DNA from: Eledone cirrhosa
Lineage: Eukaryota
Direction of reading: 5' to 3'
Assembly: GCA_964016885.1 (NCBI GenBank)
Contig: OZ024748.1
Coordinates: 33,418,001-33,482,000 of the forward strand
Length of the DNA: 64,000 nt
The position numbers and the translations under genes were made by a program. This document shows positions 38,198-50,869 of the stretch, piece after piece (the first letter of the stretch is position 1; each line of letters starts with the position of its first letter). The notes below the pieces were generated by a model. The model made no database searches and was not told the DNA's origin. It was given only the letters and a program-made list of their open reading frames with translations.

Positions 38198-38398
38198 GGA
38201 CAAAATGAAAACACACACGCACATAGAACAAACATCCAACCAGTAACATGTAAATAAACAAATAAATAAACGAATATAAACACACACAGACACCTGGATG
38301 TGGCGCATGCGCAGACTGAGCATACAACACACACACAGAAACAAGATGGCGTAGGACAGAACAAAGGAGAGGCACAAAAACAAAGAAAAGAATTCCTA

Positions 38399-38441
38399 GT
38401 CACTGAAGAGGTCACAGCATGTGTGACGAAAGAACTTTGAC
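38399..38441 (+). ncRNA. Minimal type I hammerhead (family D)
   Basis: gtca CTGAAGA g gtcaca gcatg tgtgac GAAA gaac T T tgac. Confidence 0.8.
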
Positions 38442-38789
38442 AATATATAAACAACCATCTGGTTGTGGAACCAACCAACCAACCAACCGGAAATTTATAA
38501 ATTCTTAAATTTATAAATATATTATAATCAATTGAATTGAAAGGAACTGGTGCGTGTGTTTCTTATTGGCAACATGACCCTCTCAAAGTAGAACAATATA
38601 TATACATATATATATATACATAAATATACATATATATATATACATATATATACATATATATATATACATATATATATATACATATATATATATACGTATA
38701 TATATACATATATATATATACATACATATATATACATATACACATATATATATATACATATACATTTATATATATACATATACATATAA

Positions 38790-39905
38790 ATGGCTTGTAA
38801 GCCATTCATCTACACCTAGTTTTCTAAGAGCCCATCAGATAACGGCGCGGGGACTCTGTGAAAGGCTTTCTCCAAATCTACAAAAGCTAAGTAGAGGGGT
38901 TTACTTTTAGCTACGTACTTCTCCTGTAGTTGTCGTACAAGGAAAAGAGCGTCTGTGGTACTTTTACCTGACACAAACTCAAACTGCATTTCATCTAGAT
39001 CAATTCGCTCTCTGTGACCTTCATGACCTGGTCGACTAACTTAATACCTCTATAGTTTCCTCCATCTAGAGCATCCCTTTTACCCTTGTAGCAGTTAATG
39101 ATGCTGCTGCTACACCAGTCCTTTGGTATGACCCCATTCTGTATTACTTGGTTTACTTTCTGGGTACTATAGTATGTCCCACCATTCCAGATGCTTTCAA
39201 CATCTCAGCAACTATCTCCAAAGGCCCAGCTGCCTTGCCTGTCATCATATCTTTGATTGCCTTACTTACTATACTCCCTTTAACTTGCACTGCTGGTCCC
39301 TCTATTGGATGGATTTGGGGCAGACTATCTTTTTCCCATTTATTCTACTCATTTAATAGTCTCTCGTTGTGACACCTCCAAGCTCTCTTCTTATCAGTAA
39401 CAGTGAGAGCAAGTACACCATTATCATTACGGACTCACTTCTCCCCGACAATATCATGATTTTCCTTGACACATTGTTTAGCAATCCTGAACACTTCACG
39501 TTTTTGATCCTCTTGTTCTAGAAAATGCTTGATCATTCTATCCTCTGCTTCCCTTTTTGCAAGGTACACTTGTCTCCTAGCTTCCCTCCTGGCCAGTTGA
39601 TAATGTTCTCTACTTCCCCATACTGCCATAGTTTCCAAGCCTGCTTTTTGGCCTTCATTGTCTCCTCCACCTTACTGTTCCACCACCAAGTTACTCTCCT
39701 CCTGCCTATTGCTCTGCTCCAGCCAAAGATTTCATCCATCGCTTTCAGCAGGTTCTCTTTCAAGAATTTCCACTGTTCCTCTATATTATACGTCTCTAAT
39801 TGCTCTTCCTTACTGTCAAAAGCATCAAGTAATAAGCTTTTAAATTTGTCACTGGCTCTGGGGTCCTTCAACTTCCCTATTCTTTTCCTCAAGGTAGTCT
39901 TTTGT
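38790..39905 (-). mobile_element. Degenerate RTE fragment (orthologue of 9171-10290)
   Basis: Colinear homology with the same junctions. Confidence 0.9.
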
Positions 39906-39971
39906 TTTATGTTCATTGTTCATCACACACACATATATAATTGATATTCTCTTTGGAATTACTGATGAAAC

Positions 39972-40805
39972 TTGTTAGTGACACAACTACAAGAGAAGTT
40001 CCTAGCCAAGATTAAATTGCTTTATTTAGCTTTTGTAGATCTAGAAAAGGCCTTTGACAGAGTCCCTCACTCTGTTATCTGGTTGTCCTTCAGAAATTTA
40101 GGTGGAGAATGGCTTGTGAGAGCAGTGCAAGCCATGTACAGAGGAGCTGTCAGTAAAGTGAGAGTAGGAAGGGAGTTTAGTGAAGAATTCAATGTACAGG
40201 TAGGTGTTCATCGTGGTTCAGTTCACAACCCACTGCTGTTCATCATAGTTCTCCAGGCCATAACCAATGAGTTTAAGACTGGCTGTTCACGGGAAACAGT
40301 CTATGTGAATGATCTGGTCCTTATAGCTGACTCCAGAAAACAACTAGAGAATAAGTGACTCTACTGCATATGTAGGAAAGAAATAGGCATAAACTGCACA
40401 CAATGATAGCTTCCGCTATCTAGGTGGAGAGAAATGGAGCAACCATGCTTCGTTGGATGTGCAACGTAAATGTGAGAGGAAGGCAGAGCTTGGATAAATT
40501 GAGGAAGAAATTGAACTTCATAGGAAACCGAATTGGTGTGCAAGAGAGAAGACTGCTTTGGTATGGATATGTGATATCCATGGATGGTGATCGCTGGTTA
40601 AAGAAGTGCCAGGGAATACCAGAGGAGGGAAGCCATACTAGAGGTAGACCAGGGTAGATGTGGTGAGAGCTGATCTCAAATTGCTGAGACTCACAGAGGA
40701 GATGACGAAAGAACAAGCGAGTGGGGAGATGTTGTGCTTAAAAGGACCCATCCAACCCATGCCAGGATTGAAAAACGGACGTAAAACTATGATGATGATG
40801 TAGAT
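39972..40805 (+). mobile_element. Degenerate RTE 3' fragment (orthologue of 10349-11170)
   Basis: Colinear homology with the same internal deletion. Confidence 0.88.
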
Positions 40806-41156
40806 GAAGTAAATTAAATCAGAACAGATTTAGACTAAAACGAACAAAACTTCCCTGAAACAACAAGGTACAGCTAAATATAAACTATATTTTATAATGT
40901 TTATAATTAAATAGACGGAGGTACTTTAAATAATAAACATATCTTTAATTTACTTAAAGCAATAACAAAGTACAGCTAAATATAAAAAATATTTTATAAT
41001 GTAAGGTAGTGAACAAGATAATTAAATAGATGGAGGTATTTTAAATAATAAAGACAGTCATGATACAATATATTTTATATCACCTGTAACAGTGGAACCT
41101 GGTTAATTACTGGATCGTTGAAGAGTTCACGTAATTATATTATTTACACACAGATA

Positions 41157-41341
41157 GCGGTGGATTGGCAGTATCGGTAGAGGTTCGGACGCCATGCTTT
41201 GACGCATAGAGTTACGGCCCTTGCCATTCTGAGTTCAAATCCCGCCGAGGTTAACTTTGCCTTTCATCCTTACGGGTCGATAAAATAAAGTACCAGTAAT
41301 GTACTGGGTAATTTTCTGGCCTTGTGCCAATAGTAGAAACA
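41157..41341 (+). mobile_element. Full-length tRNA-derived SINE with 18-bp TSD, unit 2 only
   Basis: TSD attatttacacacagata at 41139-41156 and 41342-41359. A and B boxes present. Confidence 0.92.
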
Positions 41342-41723
41342 ATTATTTACACACAGATATAATCAATGTGTTGTGTTGTTAGTTTTTACTAAATAACCAA
41401 AGAAATAATCTCTTTGTTATCAAATTAGATATTTCAAAGATGTTATCAGCTTTATTTCAGGACATTAACATTGGTGTATCTTCTTCATCTTTAGTCATAA
41501 AGTGATATCTTGTCAGAATGAAGTAGTGAGGCTGACTTTATGTCTTTAGCTACAGATTTGATAGGAAATATATATATATTAGGTTGATATGTGGTCTAAT
41601 ATATATATATTGTCTATAATGACTGATAGCAGATGTTCTGGTGAAATAGTAGATAGTTATGACAGTGTAAGACTGATGTCAGGGAGAGAAATTTGTGTAT
41701 GTATATATATATATTTATATATA

Positions 41724-42223
41724 TGTAGCGACGTGGTTAGTCAGTCTAGTCACTACTTCTGATCAGATTCGGGAATAGCCCCTAGAAGGACTCTTATCGC
41801 ATACAGTCTGATCAGATCTGAAGATAGCCCTTAAAAGGACTGTTGTCGCATATAGCCCTTAAAATAACTGTTGAGGATGGACAGACGAAAGCACAAGTTG
41901 AAAGGACGAAGCAAGGCGAGATGTAAATTCGATCAGCTATTTATTTTCACATGAAGCGACGATACGAGGTACAAGGCGTGTGAGAGTGACAAAGCGTGGT
42001 AGAGTAAAGGAACAACGATGCGCTAGCTGACTCTGCCAAAAGTCGACTGGCGAAAGTGTTTGGAACCACTCTATTTATATAGAAACAATCGTTTGATGTT
42101 TAGTCGATGTGTAGGCGTTTATTCTGGTAGGATCTAAGGGTTCTTTTGTTTCACGTTGAAGTAGCTAGCTAACAGGTAGATGGCGCTGTATATTTCACAG
42201 ATGTTATTTCCGGTGGCTGTACA
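41724..42223 (-). repeat. 3' LTR
   Basis: 500 bp, TG..CA termini, adjacent PPT at 42224-42236. Confidence 0.95.
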
Positions 42224-43129
42224 TTATCCCCCTGCCAGTTCTTTTGTACAACAAAAGAGCGAAATATCGTATAGTAATAGCCCCAGGAGTGTCCAGCACG
42301 TTGTGAAATTTTGTGATCATCGAGTACAGGACAGAGTCGATGTAGAGATGATATGGCAAGATGTGTGTGTCAGGAAGAGAAAAAAGAAATAAACTATAAA
42401 ATGACTTTGACCAGATTTATGCAGGCGTGATGAATGAGCCTGTTGCAATTTCGGTTGAGCTGCCTGTGAATTGCGTGGCAAAAAGTCTAACTGAGCAGTG
42501 AAGATAACCGTAATGTGTGAACTGAATGGCCGTAAGCATGCTGCCTAAAAGTAACAGTTTGCTCTACAGCATATGACTTGAGCGAATGCATGTGGTAGAA
42601 AAAAATAGCGAGGCATTCTCGAGCTATTGAGTGAATGTGTACGTGAAAAAAGAAGGCCACTGTTTTGAGGTTGCGATTTGTGAAGTGCGTGATCAAAGAG
42701 AAAACATTTTGTAGTGTAAGAGTTAGAGGGACACAAATATCTATTGCTCAGTGTATGAACTAAAAGGTGAAACAAACGTAGTTTTGTAGTGTGCATGAAA
42801 AACAGAATATGTACACGCCTTGTATATATATAAAAATTATGGCAATTACACAATCAATGTTACAGAACAAGAAAAATACAAATTTTGCAAAACAAGAGAG
42901 TGAAGAAAAAAAAATGTTATACACAATGATATAAACAATGTTTGTTCTTAGATAGAGTTTGTAATAAATAATGTTCATTATAAATAATGTTCTTCGTGAC
43001 ATGAGCACATGGTCACTAAAAATTGCAATTGTTCAAGCAGAAAGTTCATTGTATTTGAAACTAGAAATAGTAAACACAAGAGAAATGGAAATGTTTTGCA
43101 GGAAGAATGATTAAGAAACTCACTTGAGG

Positions 43130-46100
43130 TTAACGGTAATTCACATATTGTGCCAACTTGGCGGGCCAATGGACGCGTCGTCCGCTTCTCGTGACTGGAG
43201 ATGAAACAGGTGGCTCGCTGGGACAGCAATCTGTTGGAGTTTCTGGTGTAGGGACTGTAACAGTATCCAAGATAGCTTTTTTAAAATCTGTCCACGCTGA
43301 CAGAATTCTGTTTACCATCTAGATCGAGAATAAAATATTTCGGATATTTTTTTAGAACACGATAAGGGCCAGAATATGGAGGTCGAAGTTGAGCTGAGAT
43401 GGTGTCGTTTCGAACGAAAACGTGTGTCCAATCTTTAATGTCTGAAGGTACGTGTGTGGCCGTGTTCTGTTGACGGGCGCTTGCAGGAGCAAGGTGAGAC
43501 ATATATTGTCGAAGACGATGTACGTATGATCCTGGGTCTGGAACATCCTGAGGAGAGATGGGAGCAACCATCTCACCAGGTAGAACCAGGGTGGTGCCGT
43601 ACACTAATTCTGCAGGTGTGTGTCCGAATTCCTCTTTAACGGTGGATCGAATGCCCAGAAGGATGAGTGGTAGGTATTCAAACCAGTGGGTCTTGTCTGG
43701 ATATGCTTTTATTGCAGCTTTCAATTGGCGATGGAATCTTTCCACGAGACCATTAGCTTGCGGGTGATAAGCTGTCGTGCGGATGTGTTTACATCCTAAC
43801 AGGCGAGTCAGTTCCCTGAAGAGGTGGGAATCAAATTGGTGTCCTCTGTCCATTGTTATCCTCGCTGGGGCGCCATAACGTGATACCCAGTGTAAAATCA
43901 AAGTTTTAGCGACTGTTTCCGCTGAAGTATCATTTATGGGAAAAGCCTCAGACCAACGAGAAAATCGATCTATGCAGGTGAGCAAGTGTGTGTAGTTCTG
44001 TGATGGTGGTAGAGGTCCGACGATGTCGATATGCACATGATGAAAACATACATCAGGTTGCGCGAGTGTGCCGAGTGGAGTTTTGATGTGTCTGTGGACT
44101 TTGGCTTTCTGGCAGGCAATGCAGCTCCTGGACCAGTCGCGCACGTCCTTGTTAATGTTAGTCCACACAAAACGAGCAGAGATGAGTTTCTGTGTAGCCC
44201 GGATCCCCGGGTGAGACAAGCAGTGTAAAGCAGAAAAAACTTGTCGACGATGCATCTGTGGTACGTACGGTCGTTCATGACTGGTAGAAAGGTCGCACCA
44301 AATTTGTCCCGGAGAAGGAATAAGAACTTACTGAAACTTGAGGGATGGCGAATCTCGGAGCTTGATAAACTCTTCGTCAGTCTCTTGGTCAGCTGCGATC
44401 TGTTGAAGGTCGATGCCTGAATGCACATGTATTGCGTTCAGCTGGATTCGGGACAGGGCGTCGGCTGCTACGTTGTCTGATCCCTTGATATGCCGAATAT
44501 CAGTTGAATATTGGGAGACAAAATCCAGGTGTCGGAGTTCTCTCGGTGAATGTCGATCAGGTTTGGTACGGAACGCATAAATTAATGGTTTATGGTCCGT
44601 GTAGATCATGAAATCTGATCCTTCGAGCATGTGCTGAAAATGCTTAACCGAAAGATAGGTTGCCAAGTGTTCGCGGCCAAAGGTACTGTATTTCGTTTCT
44701 GCTGGTTGCAACCGCTTAGAAAAGAAGGATAAGGGTTGCCACACGCCGTCGACATGTTGTTGTAGAACGCTTCCAACCCCCGTGTCTGATGCGTCCACTA
44801 GCAGCGAAAGAGGAGTGCCAGACCCGGGGAAAACGAGCATGGAAGCGTTCGCCAACATTTCCTTCAGGCAGTTAAAAGATGTTAATTCTTCCTCGTTTAG
44901 AGTGATCTCTTCGTTTTTGCGAGTCCGGTTACGAAGAAGGTCTGTGAGGAGTCTGGCTGCGTCGGAACAATGAGGGATAAACCGCCTATAAAAATTCACC
45001 AGACCGAGGAATTCACGCAGTTTCCGAAGTGATGTAGGTGCAGGAAAACTGCGGATAGCTTCTACTTTCTCGGGAAGTGGACGAATGCCGTCTTTATCGA
45101 TGATGTGCCCGAGAAAGGACAGTGAAGGAACGCCGAGACGGCACTTGCTGGGGTTGGTGATGATACCGTACTCAGCCAAACGTCGGAAAAGGAGATCTAA
45201 GTGCTTCTCGTGTTGATTCTCGGAAGCACTTGCTACCAGTACGTCGTCAATATACGCGTATACGAAGGGTAGATCGCGTAACACGGTGTCAATGAACCAC
45301 TGAAAAGTTTGTGCAGCGTTGCGCAGACCGAACGGCATTCGCAGGAATTCGAATAAACCGAACGGTGTTGTGATTGCGGTCTTCGGAATGTCTGCAGGCT
45401 CCATAGGTATCTGGTTATATGCACGCACCAAATCTACCTTGGAAAAGATACGTGCGCCTTGCAGAGAGGCAGAAAAATCGTGCAGGTGAGGCACAGGGTA
45501 ATTATCGGGCACTGTAGAATTGTTAAGTGCACGATAATCCCCACATGGTCGCCAATCATTCTCGTTTTTTTTTGGAACAACGTGTAGGGGTGCAGACCAG
45601 TTGCTGGAGGAAGGCGAATGATTCCGAGGTCCAGCATGTGTTGGAACTCCTGCTTGGCGATTCTCAATCGGTCTGGGGGCAGTCTCCTTGGTCGGGCAGC
45701 TGTGGGTGGTCCCTTTGTCTCGATGTGGTGCGTGACACTATGCTTAATAGGACCATCCTTAAATACCGGGCGAGTGATGTCTGGGTATTTCTGGAGAATG
45801 CCGTTGTACCGCGAAGGCTCTGATTGGCAAATTACAGGGCTCACTGGATTGCGTGGTAAATATACCTCTCACAGTGAGGTTTGTGGTGGTGTCAATAAGC
45901 CTCCGGTTCTTCATATCCACCAGAAGGTTGAAGTGGTGGAGAAAATCGGCTCCTAGGATAGGGGTCGGCAGGTCTGCCACGACAAACACCCATTGAAAAC
46001 GCCGCCTCAGGCCTAAATTGAGGGTCAGAGACTTCTCCCCGAAAGTCGGAATTGACGATTGGTTCACTGCCTGCAGAAAGAACAGGGTTGGATGTCTTTT

Positions 46101-46280
46101 GCCCGAGATTAGTGAAACAGGAATAACACTAATCTGAGCTCCTGTATCCACGAGGTAACGGATGCCTGTCGCCTGGTCGTTAATAAAAAATAGACGACTT
46201 TTCTTTTCAGTACCAGGGGTGAACGTCGTCGCTAGGCCCTGGTCTGCCCGTTTCCCTGGGTAGTATTCTGGAAAGAGCAC
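43130..46280 (-). pseudogene. Gypsy pol (protease, RT, RNase H, integrase), frameshifted
   Basis: LVDTGA; [13 protein letters not shown]; VDASD, YTDHKPL; H..HPG..CIAC, HIDIVGP, NGLVER, PYSGPY. Split across several ORFs. Confidence 0.94.
46193..46256 (-). promoter_or_regulatory. -1 programmed ribosomal frameshift signal (slippery heptamer plus pseudoknot)
   Basis: G GGA AAC in the gag frame, 6-nt spacer, stem ACCAGGG/CCCTGGT and crossing stem GACGAC/GTCGTC. The -1 frame is the protease ORF. Confidence 0.85.
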
Positions 46281-47101
46281 GGGGCCCTACACTTAGATGC
46301 CCGAGTGCCGAACTCCTCGTGATACCAGCAGAGGTTACCAGACACACGATTTTGACTGGGACTTCTCGATCTTTGACGGTGAAAGGGTCTGGACCGACTG
46401 ATGCTGCACCGCCGGTGTGTTTGCAAGGTCAGGCTTTCTAATTGGTTTGAGAGGGCTTTGATTTGACCAGCCTGCTCTCTGATCATAGCCCGCAGCTCTG
46501 CAATCTCGGAGGTGGAGTCCGAAGACGCTACGTAAGGGTTCGTCCGACGATCTACCTGTGCTACTGAGGCAAAAGGGTTTGATACCTCAGCGATCTTATC
46601 TGCGACACTCGCCAGTTCCTCCGGGGTTGCTGACTCGCTAGTCGACGCCAGGATGCCCTGCATCGATAAGGGCAAGCGCTGTATGAACAACCGTTTCAGC
46701 AGATCTTCTGAAAGCGGCTGATCCTCCATCAGCTGTCTCATCTTTCGCAATAGTTGGGACGGTTTTCTGTCCCCCAATACTTCTGCAGACACGAGTTGGT
46801 TGAGTCGTTTCTGCTGTGACGCGGTCGTCCGCTTGACCAATTCCTTGCAGAATGATTCATATGACACCGTGCCTGGCGGTGCCATGACGAGGTCACTCAC
46901 CTCAGCCAAAACTTCTGGCGGAACAGATCCAATGATGTAGGTGAGCTTTGTGGAATCGCTCTTAATTCTGTTCGCGGGGAATTGCGCTTCTATGTGAGCG
47001 AACCACAGAGTCGGGTCGTTAGACCAAAATACGGGGACTTTTAATGTTAACGCCGCTTGTGTGGTTGGTATCTCGGCTTCTGTCGTTTGTGACATGTCCA
47101 T
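46232..47101 (-). CDS. gag: Gypsy Gag
   Basis: 289-aa open ORF with KVPVFW..DPTLWF, LGDRKPSQLL and CWYHEEFGTRASKCRAPC. Confidence 0.92.
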   Translation of the reverse strand: MDMSQTTEAEIPTTQAALTLKVPVFWSNDPTLWFAHIEAQFPANRIKSDSTKLTYIIGSVPPEVLAEVSDLVMAPPGTVSYESFCKELVKRTTASQQKRLNQLVSAEVLGDRKPSQLLRKMRQLMEDQPLSEDLLKRLFIQRLPLSMQGILASTSESATPEELASVADKIAEVSNPFASVAQVDRRTNPYVASSDSTSEIAELRAMIREQAGQIKALSNQLESLTLQTHRRCSISRSRPFHRQRSRSPSQNRVSGNLCWYHEEFGTRASKCRAPCSFQNTTQGNGQTRA

Positions 47102-47160
47102 GTTGATATTTTCTTAGGTGCTGTCTGGTTGCGCGTTCGACTCACGTTTGGGTCACCAAT

Positions 47161-47658
47161 TGTAGCGACGTGGTTAGTCAGTCTAGTCACTACTTCTGAT
47201 CAGATCCGAGAATAGCCCTTAGAAGGACTCTTATCGCATACAGTCTGATCAGATCTGAAGATAGCCCTTAAAAGGACTGTTGTCGCATATAGCCCTTAAA
47301 AGAACTGTTGAGGATGGACAGACGAAAGCACAAGTTGAAAGGACGAAGCAAGGCGAGATGTAAATTCGATCAGCTATTTATTTTCACATGAAGCGACGAT
47401 ACGAGGTACAAGGCGTGTGAGTGACAAAGCGTGCCAGAGTAAAGCTACAACGATGCGCTAGCTGACTCTGCCGAAAGTCGACTGGCGAAAGTGTTTGGAA
47501 CCACTCTATTTATACAGAAACAATCGTTTGATGTTTAGTCGATGTGTAGGCGTTTATTCTGGTAGGATCTAAGGGTTCTTTTGTTTCACGTTGAAGTAGC
47601 TAGCTAACAGGTAGATGGCGCTGTATATTTCACAGATGTTATTTCCGGTGGCTGTACA
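47161..47658 (-). repeat. 5' LTR
   Basis: 498 bp, followed on the minus strand by the PBS at ~47141-47158. Confidence 0.95.
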
Positions 47659-47707
47659 TATATATATAATTGTTACACAAGAGATATAATTAGATTAATT
47701 AAAGTTA

Positions 47708-47867
47708 TAATTGTTTCTACTTGAGGCACAAGGCCAGCAATTACCCAGTGCATTACTGGTACTTTATTTCATCGACCCCGTAAGGATGAAAGGCAAAGTC
47801 AACCTCGGCGGGATTTGAACTCAGATCGTAAAGGGACGTAACTCTATGCTCCAAAGCATGGCGTCCA
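47708..47867 (-). mobile_element. tRNA-derived SINE, unit 2 only
   Basis: Same family as 41157-41341. Empty site ttataatgaagacagc at ~11960. Confidence 0.87.
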
Positions 47868-48205
47868 AATGAAGACAGCAGGTACTCGGTGTCGTTGAGA
47901 ATGTTTCAACTCTGTTACTTAAAAGTTCCTGACATAATTTAATACCTTCAGACACAGTTCCAATAGTATTTAATTGATCGTAAATCAGAAAGTATGACTC
48001 AGTAAAATATCAATTATATATCAATAATAACACCTCTACGTAGTCTCTCTAAATGCTAGAAATAGCAGTGATATTATCCATTTCAACTTAGTTTTTTGTT
48101 TAAAATCTCCAAAGTTTAGGCATATCATCAACAGCAAATCTTTTGTATAGACTTCGGAATAAACTGGAAGACCGTCAGAATATCATTCTCCCTCTTGTAT
48201 ATATA

Positions 48206-48240
<35 letters not shown>

Positions 48241-48367
48241 TTACGCTTGTTGGTTCACCACTGGATAGAACTGGTCATTCCATATAGTCAACCTTGATGT
48301 AATATTAGGGAGAGCACTCGATGTAATCCTATATTTCAGGTTATTGTTATCATGACTGTCTTTATTA

Positions 48368-48782
48368 CTTGGCAGTATCGGTAGAGAGTTGGACGCCATG
48401 TTTTCCAGCAGAGTTACGTCCCTTTACGGTGTGAGTTCAAATCCCGTTGAGGTTAACTTTGCCTTTCATCCTTACGGTGTTGACAAAATAAAGTACCAGT
48501 AATGCAGTGTGTAATTGCTGGCCTTATGCCAAAAATAGAAACAATTATTTAAAATACCACGGGCGATGGATTGGCAGTATTGGTAGAGGGTCGGACGCCA
48601 TGGTTTGAAGAATAGAGTTATCTCCCTTTATGATCTGAGTTGAAATCCCGCCGAGGTTAACTTTGCCTTTCATCCTTACGCGGTCGATACAATAAAGTAC
48701 CAGTCACGCACTGAGGTCAATCTCATTGACTTTTCCCTCCCCCCAAAATTGCTGACCTTGTGCCTAAATAAGAAACCATTAT
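48368..48782 (+). mobile_element. Two tandem tRNA-derived SINEs (orthologues of 12465-12815)
   Basis: Colinear homology. Confidence 0.85.
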
Positions 48783-48817
48783 AACTTTAATTAATCTAAT
48801 TATATCTCTTGTGTAAC

Positions 48818-48862
<45 letters not shown>

Positions 48863-49080
48863 ATTTTCTCTCCCCTACATCAGTCTTACACTGTCATATG
48901 TATTCTTACTTTACAATCTGTAGTAGTAAAACTACTATTTCACCAGAACATCTGCTATCAGTCATATATGTATATACATATATATATATGTATATAAAAG
49001 CTAAACAGAAATAACAACACAATCGCTACAGTATATGGAAGGGATATATTAGGTTAACACTTGATATAGCAGGAAGAGGG

Positions 49081-49116
49081 TCTTAACGTTTTCGACGCTA
49101 GTCCTTCATCAGAAGA
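49081..49116 (-). ncRNA. Minimal type I hammerhead (family A), mutated
   Basis: Minus strand reads tctt CTGATGA a ggac tagc gtcg AAA acgt t aaga. Orthologue of 15816. Confidence 0.7.
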
Positions 49117-49590
49117 AAGAATGAGAAATAAAATAGATTGAGGTGACGGGCGGGTTGTAATTGGAAAAAATGTCTTTAGATAAAAAATATCTAAGTAATG
49201 TAATGTAATACAGCCAAAAGGGCACATATTGGGAAAATACTTTGAAAGGAAGTTGACCCTGAAATGGGAATACAAATGGAATAAAACAAGTTTCGAGTAA
49301 ATCGGAGCAGGTGTTCCCGAGATATGGGGTTTCTGGGGTACCTTCATAAATAGAGAGAGAGAGATAGAGAGGAAGAGAGGGTGGTTGTGACAGAATAGAT
49401 TAAAAGAGAGACATAGAGAGACAAAGAGAGAAAGAGAGAGAGAGCTAGTGGTGTTGTGTATATATATATATGTGAGTGTGTGTGTGTGTATATATATGTA
49501 TATGTGTGTGTGTCTATGACCAGTATATATAGATCACAGACACCCACATATATATATATACATACACATACATATATATATATATGTATA

Positions 49591-50693
49591 CTAGCATTAA
49601 AGCCCGGCGTTGCTCGGGGTCATTAAGTTACCAAAGTTAGGTTGCACCACCCATTTTATGGCAGCACTTTTTTGTCTGCCAGGCACTGAGTGAATGAATT
49701 GCAGACCTGGAAGCAGGAGCTGCGCCAGCAGTGACAATTGTAGTTTCGCCTATGGATATTATCTCTGTGCAAAAAAGTGTTGAAATTTATTGTTTCACAG
49801 TACTTGCGCAACACGCGCGTAGACGATGCCAGCCGAACAACAGAGCTGCGATGGAGTTGTTCTGCATGGTTGTCTGTGTGTTTTCTAAATTTAAGACAGT
49901 ATGGAGGGTTGTGATATTAGGGAGAGTTAGCTGTTGTTTCTAGCAGGTTTAGTGACCTCATAGAGGATATGTGTTTTCTAAATTTAAGACAGTAGGGAGT
50001 GGTGTGATATGGAGGAGAGTTAGCTGCTGTTTCTAGCAGGTTTAGTGACCTCATAGAAGATATGTTTTCTAAATTTAAGACAGTAGGGAGGGGTGTGGTA
50101 TGGGGGAGAGTTAGCTGCTGTTTCTAGCAGGTTTAGTGACCTCAGAGAGGATATTATTGTTTATCATTATCTATAAGAGGCAGATTGTTGTTGTTGTTGT
50201 TGAAGTGAGTGTGTGTTTGTATGCGTTTGGAAAAGAGGTTTTAAAAAAGATTTATCGCTTGTTGAATAAATGTATCTGTTGCTTTTGAATAATTGTCGTT
50301 TCGTATGAAATGTAATAATTTGAAGTATAAAAGAGAAAGTAGCAAAATGTGTGAGTTATAGATAGAGAGAGGAGAGCAGATGATACGAGAGAGTAAAACG
50401 GACAGTATCACCATCAAGCTTGGAAAGAGAAAGTAGCAGAAAGTATGAAGTTGTATAGATTTTGAATGGTATTGGAAAGAGTTTAGCAGTTTAAATGACA
50501 GAGAAAAATCGTAAAATATTGAGTTTTATCTATTTTTTGCGTAATTGTGGGTGAAATTGAAAAAATGAGATGTGCCAAGACGCAATCGAAACTATTTCGA
50601 ATACTGAATTGTAAATTTCAATTGAAGAAATTCTATATCGTAGATTTCTATAAGAAAGGAGCATGACCACACACTGATCTTTATAGATTATGA
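49591..50693 (-). mobile_element. Non-autonomous Helitron, unit 2 only
   Basis: Minus-strand 5'-TC and 3'-CTAG with subterminal hairpin cccgagcaacgccggg, inserted between A and T. Three internal ~92-bp tandem repeats at 49878-50152. Confidence 0.88.
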
Positions 50694-50869
50694 TACACAC
50701 ACACACATTTATATATATATATACACACACACACACGTATATATATATATATATATATATGGGCCTTCCAGTTTCACATTATATACATGTTTGTGTAAAA
50801 TTATTTTGAGGTGAACATTACCCAACGGGTCACAGGTGGTCTACATACATACATATATATATATTTATA

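Larger units (their letters stand above)
35395..38598. mobile_element. Penelope-like element with inverted duplicated 3' portion
   Basis: Minus-strand RT plus GIY-YIG copy (35395-37405) joined to a plus-strand copy of its 3' part (37406-38598). Arms 35456-36569 and 37406-38598 are inverted repeats. Confidence 0.92.
41724..47658 (-). mobile_element. Full-length Ty3/Gypsy LTR retrotransposon, CsRn1 lineage, unit 2 only
   Basis: TG..CA LTRs at 41724-42223 and 47161-47658 (about 10 substitutions and one 2-bp indel by eye). tRNA-Trp-like PBS TGGTGACCCaaACGTGA, PPT agggggataa, TATA on both flanks, Cx2Hx9Cx3C Gag motif, PR-RT-RH-IN order. Confidence 0.96.
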
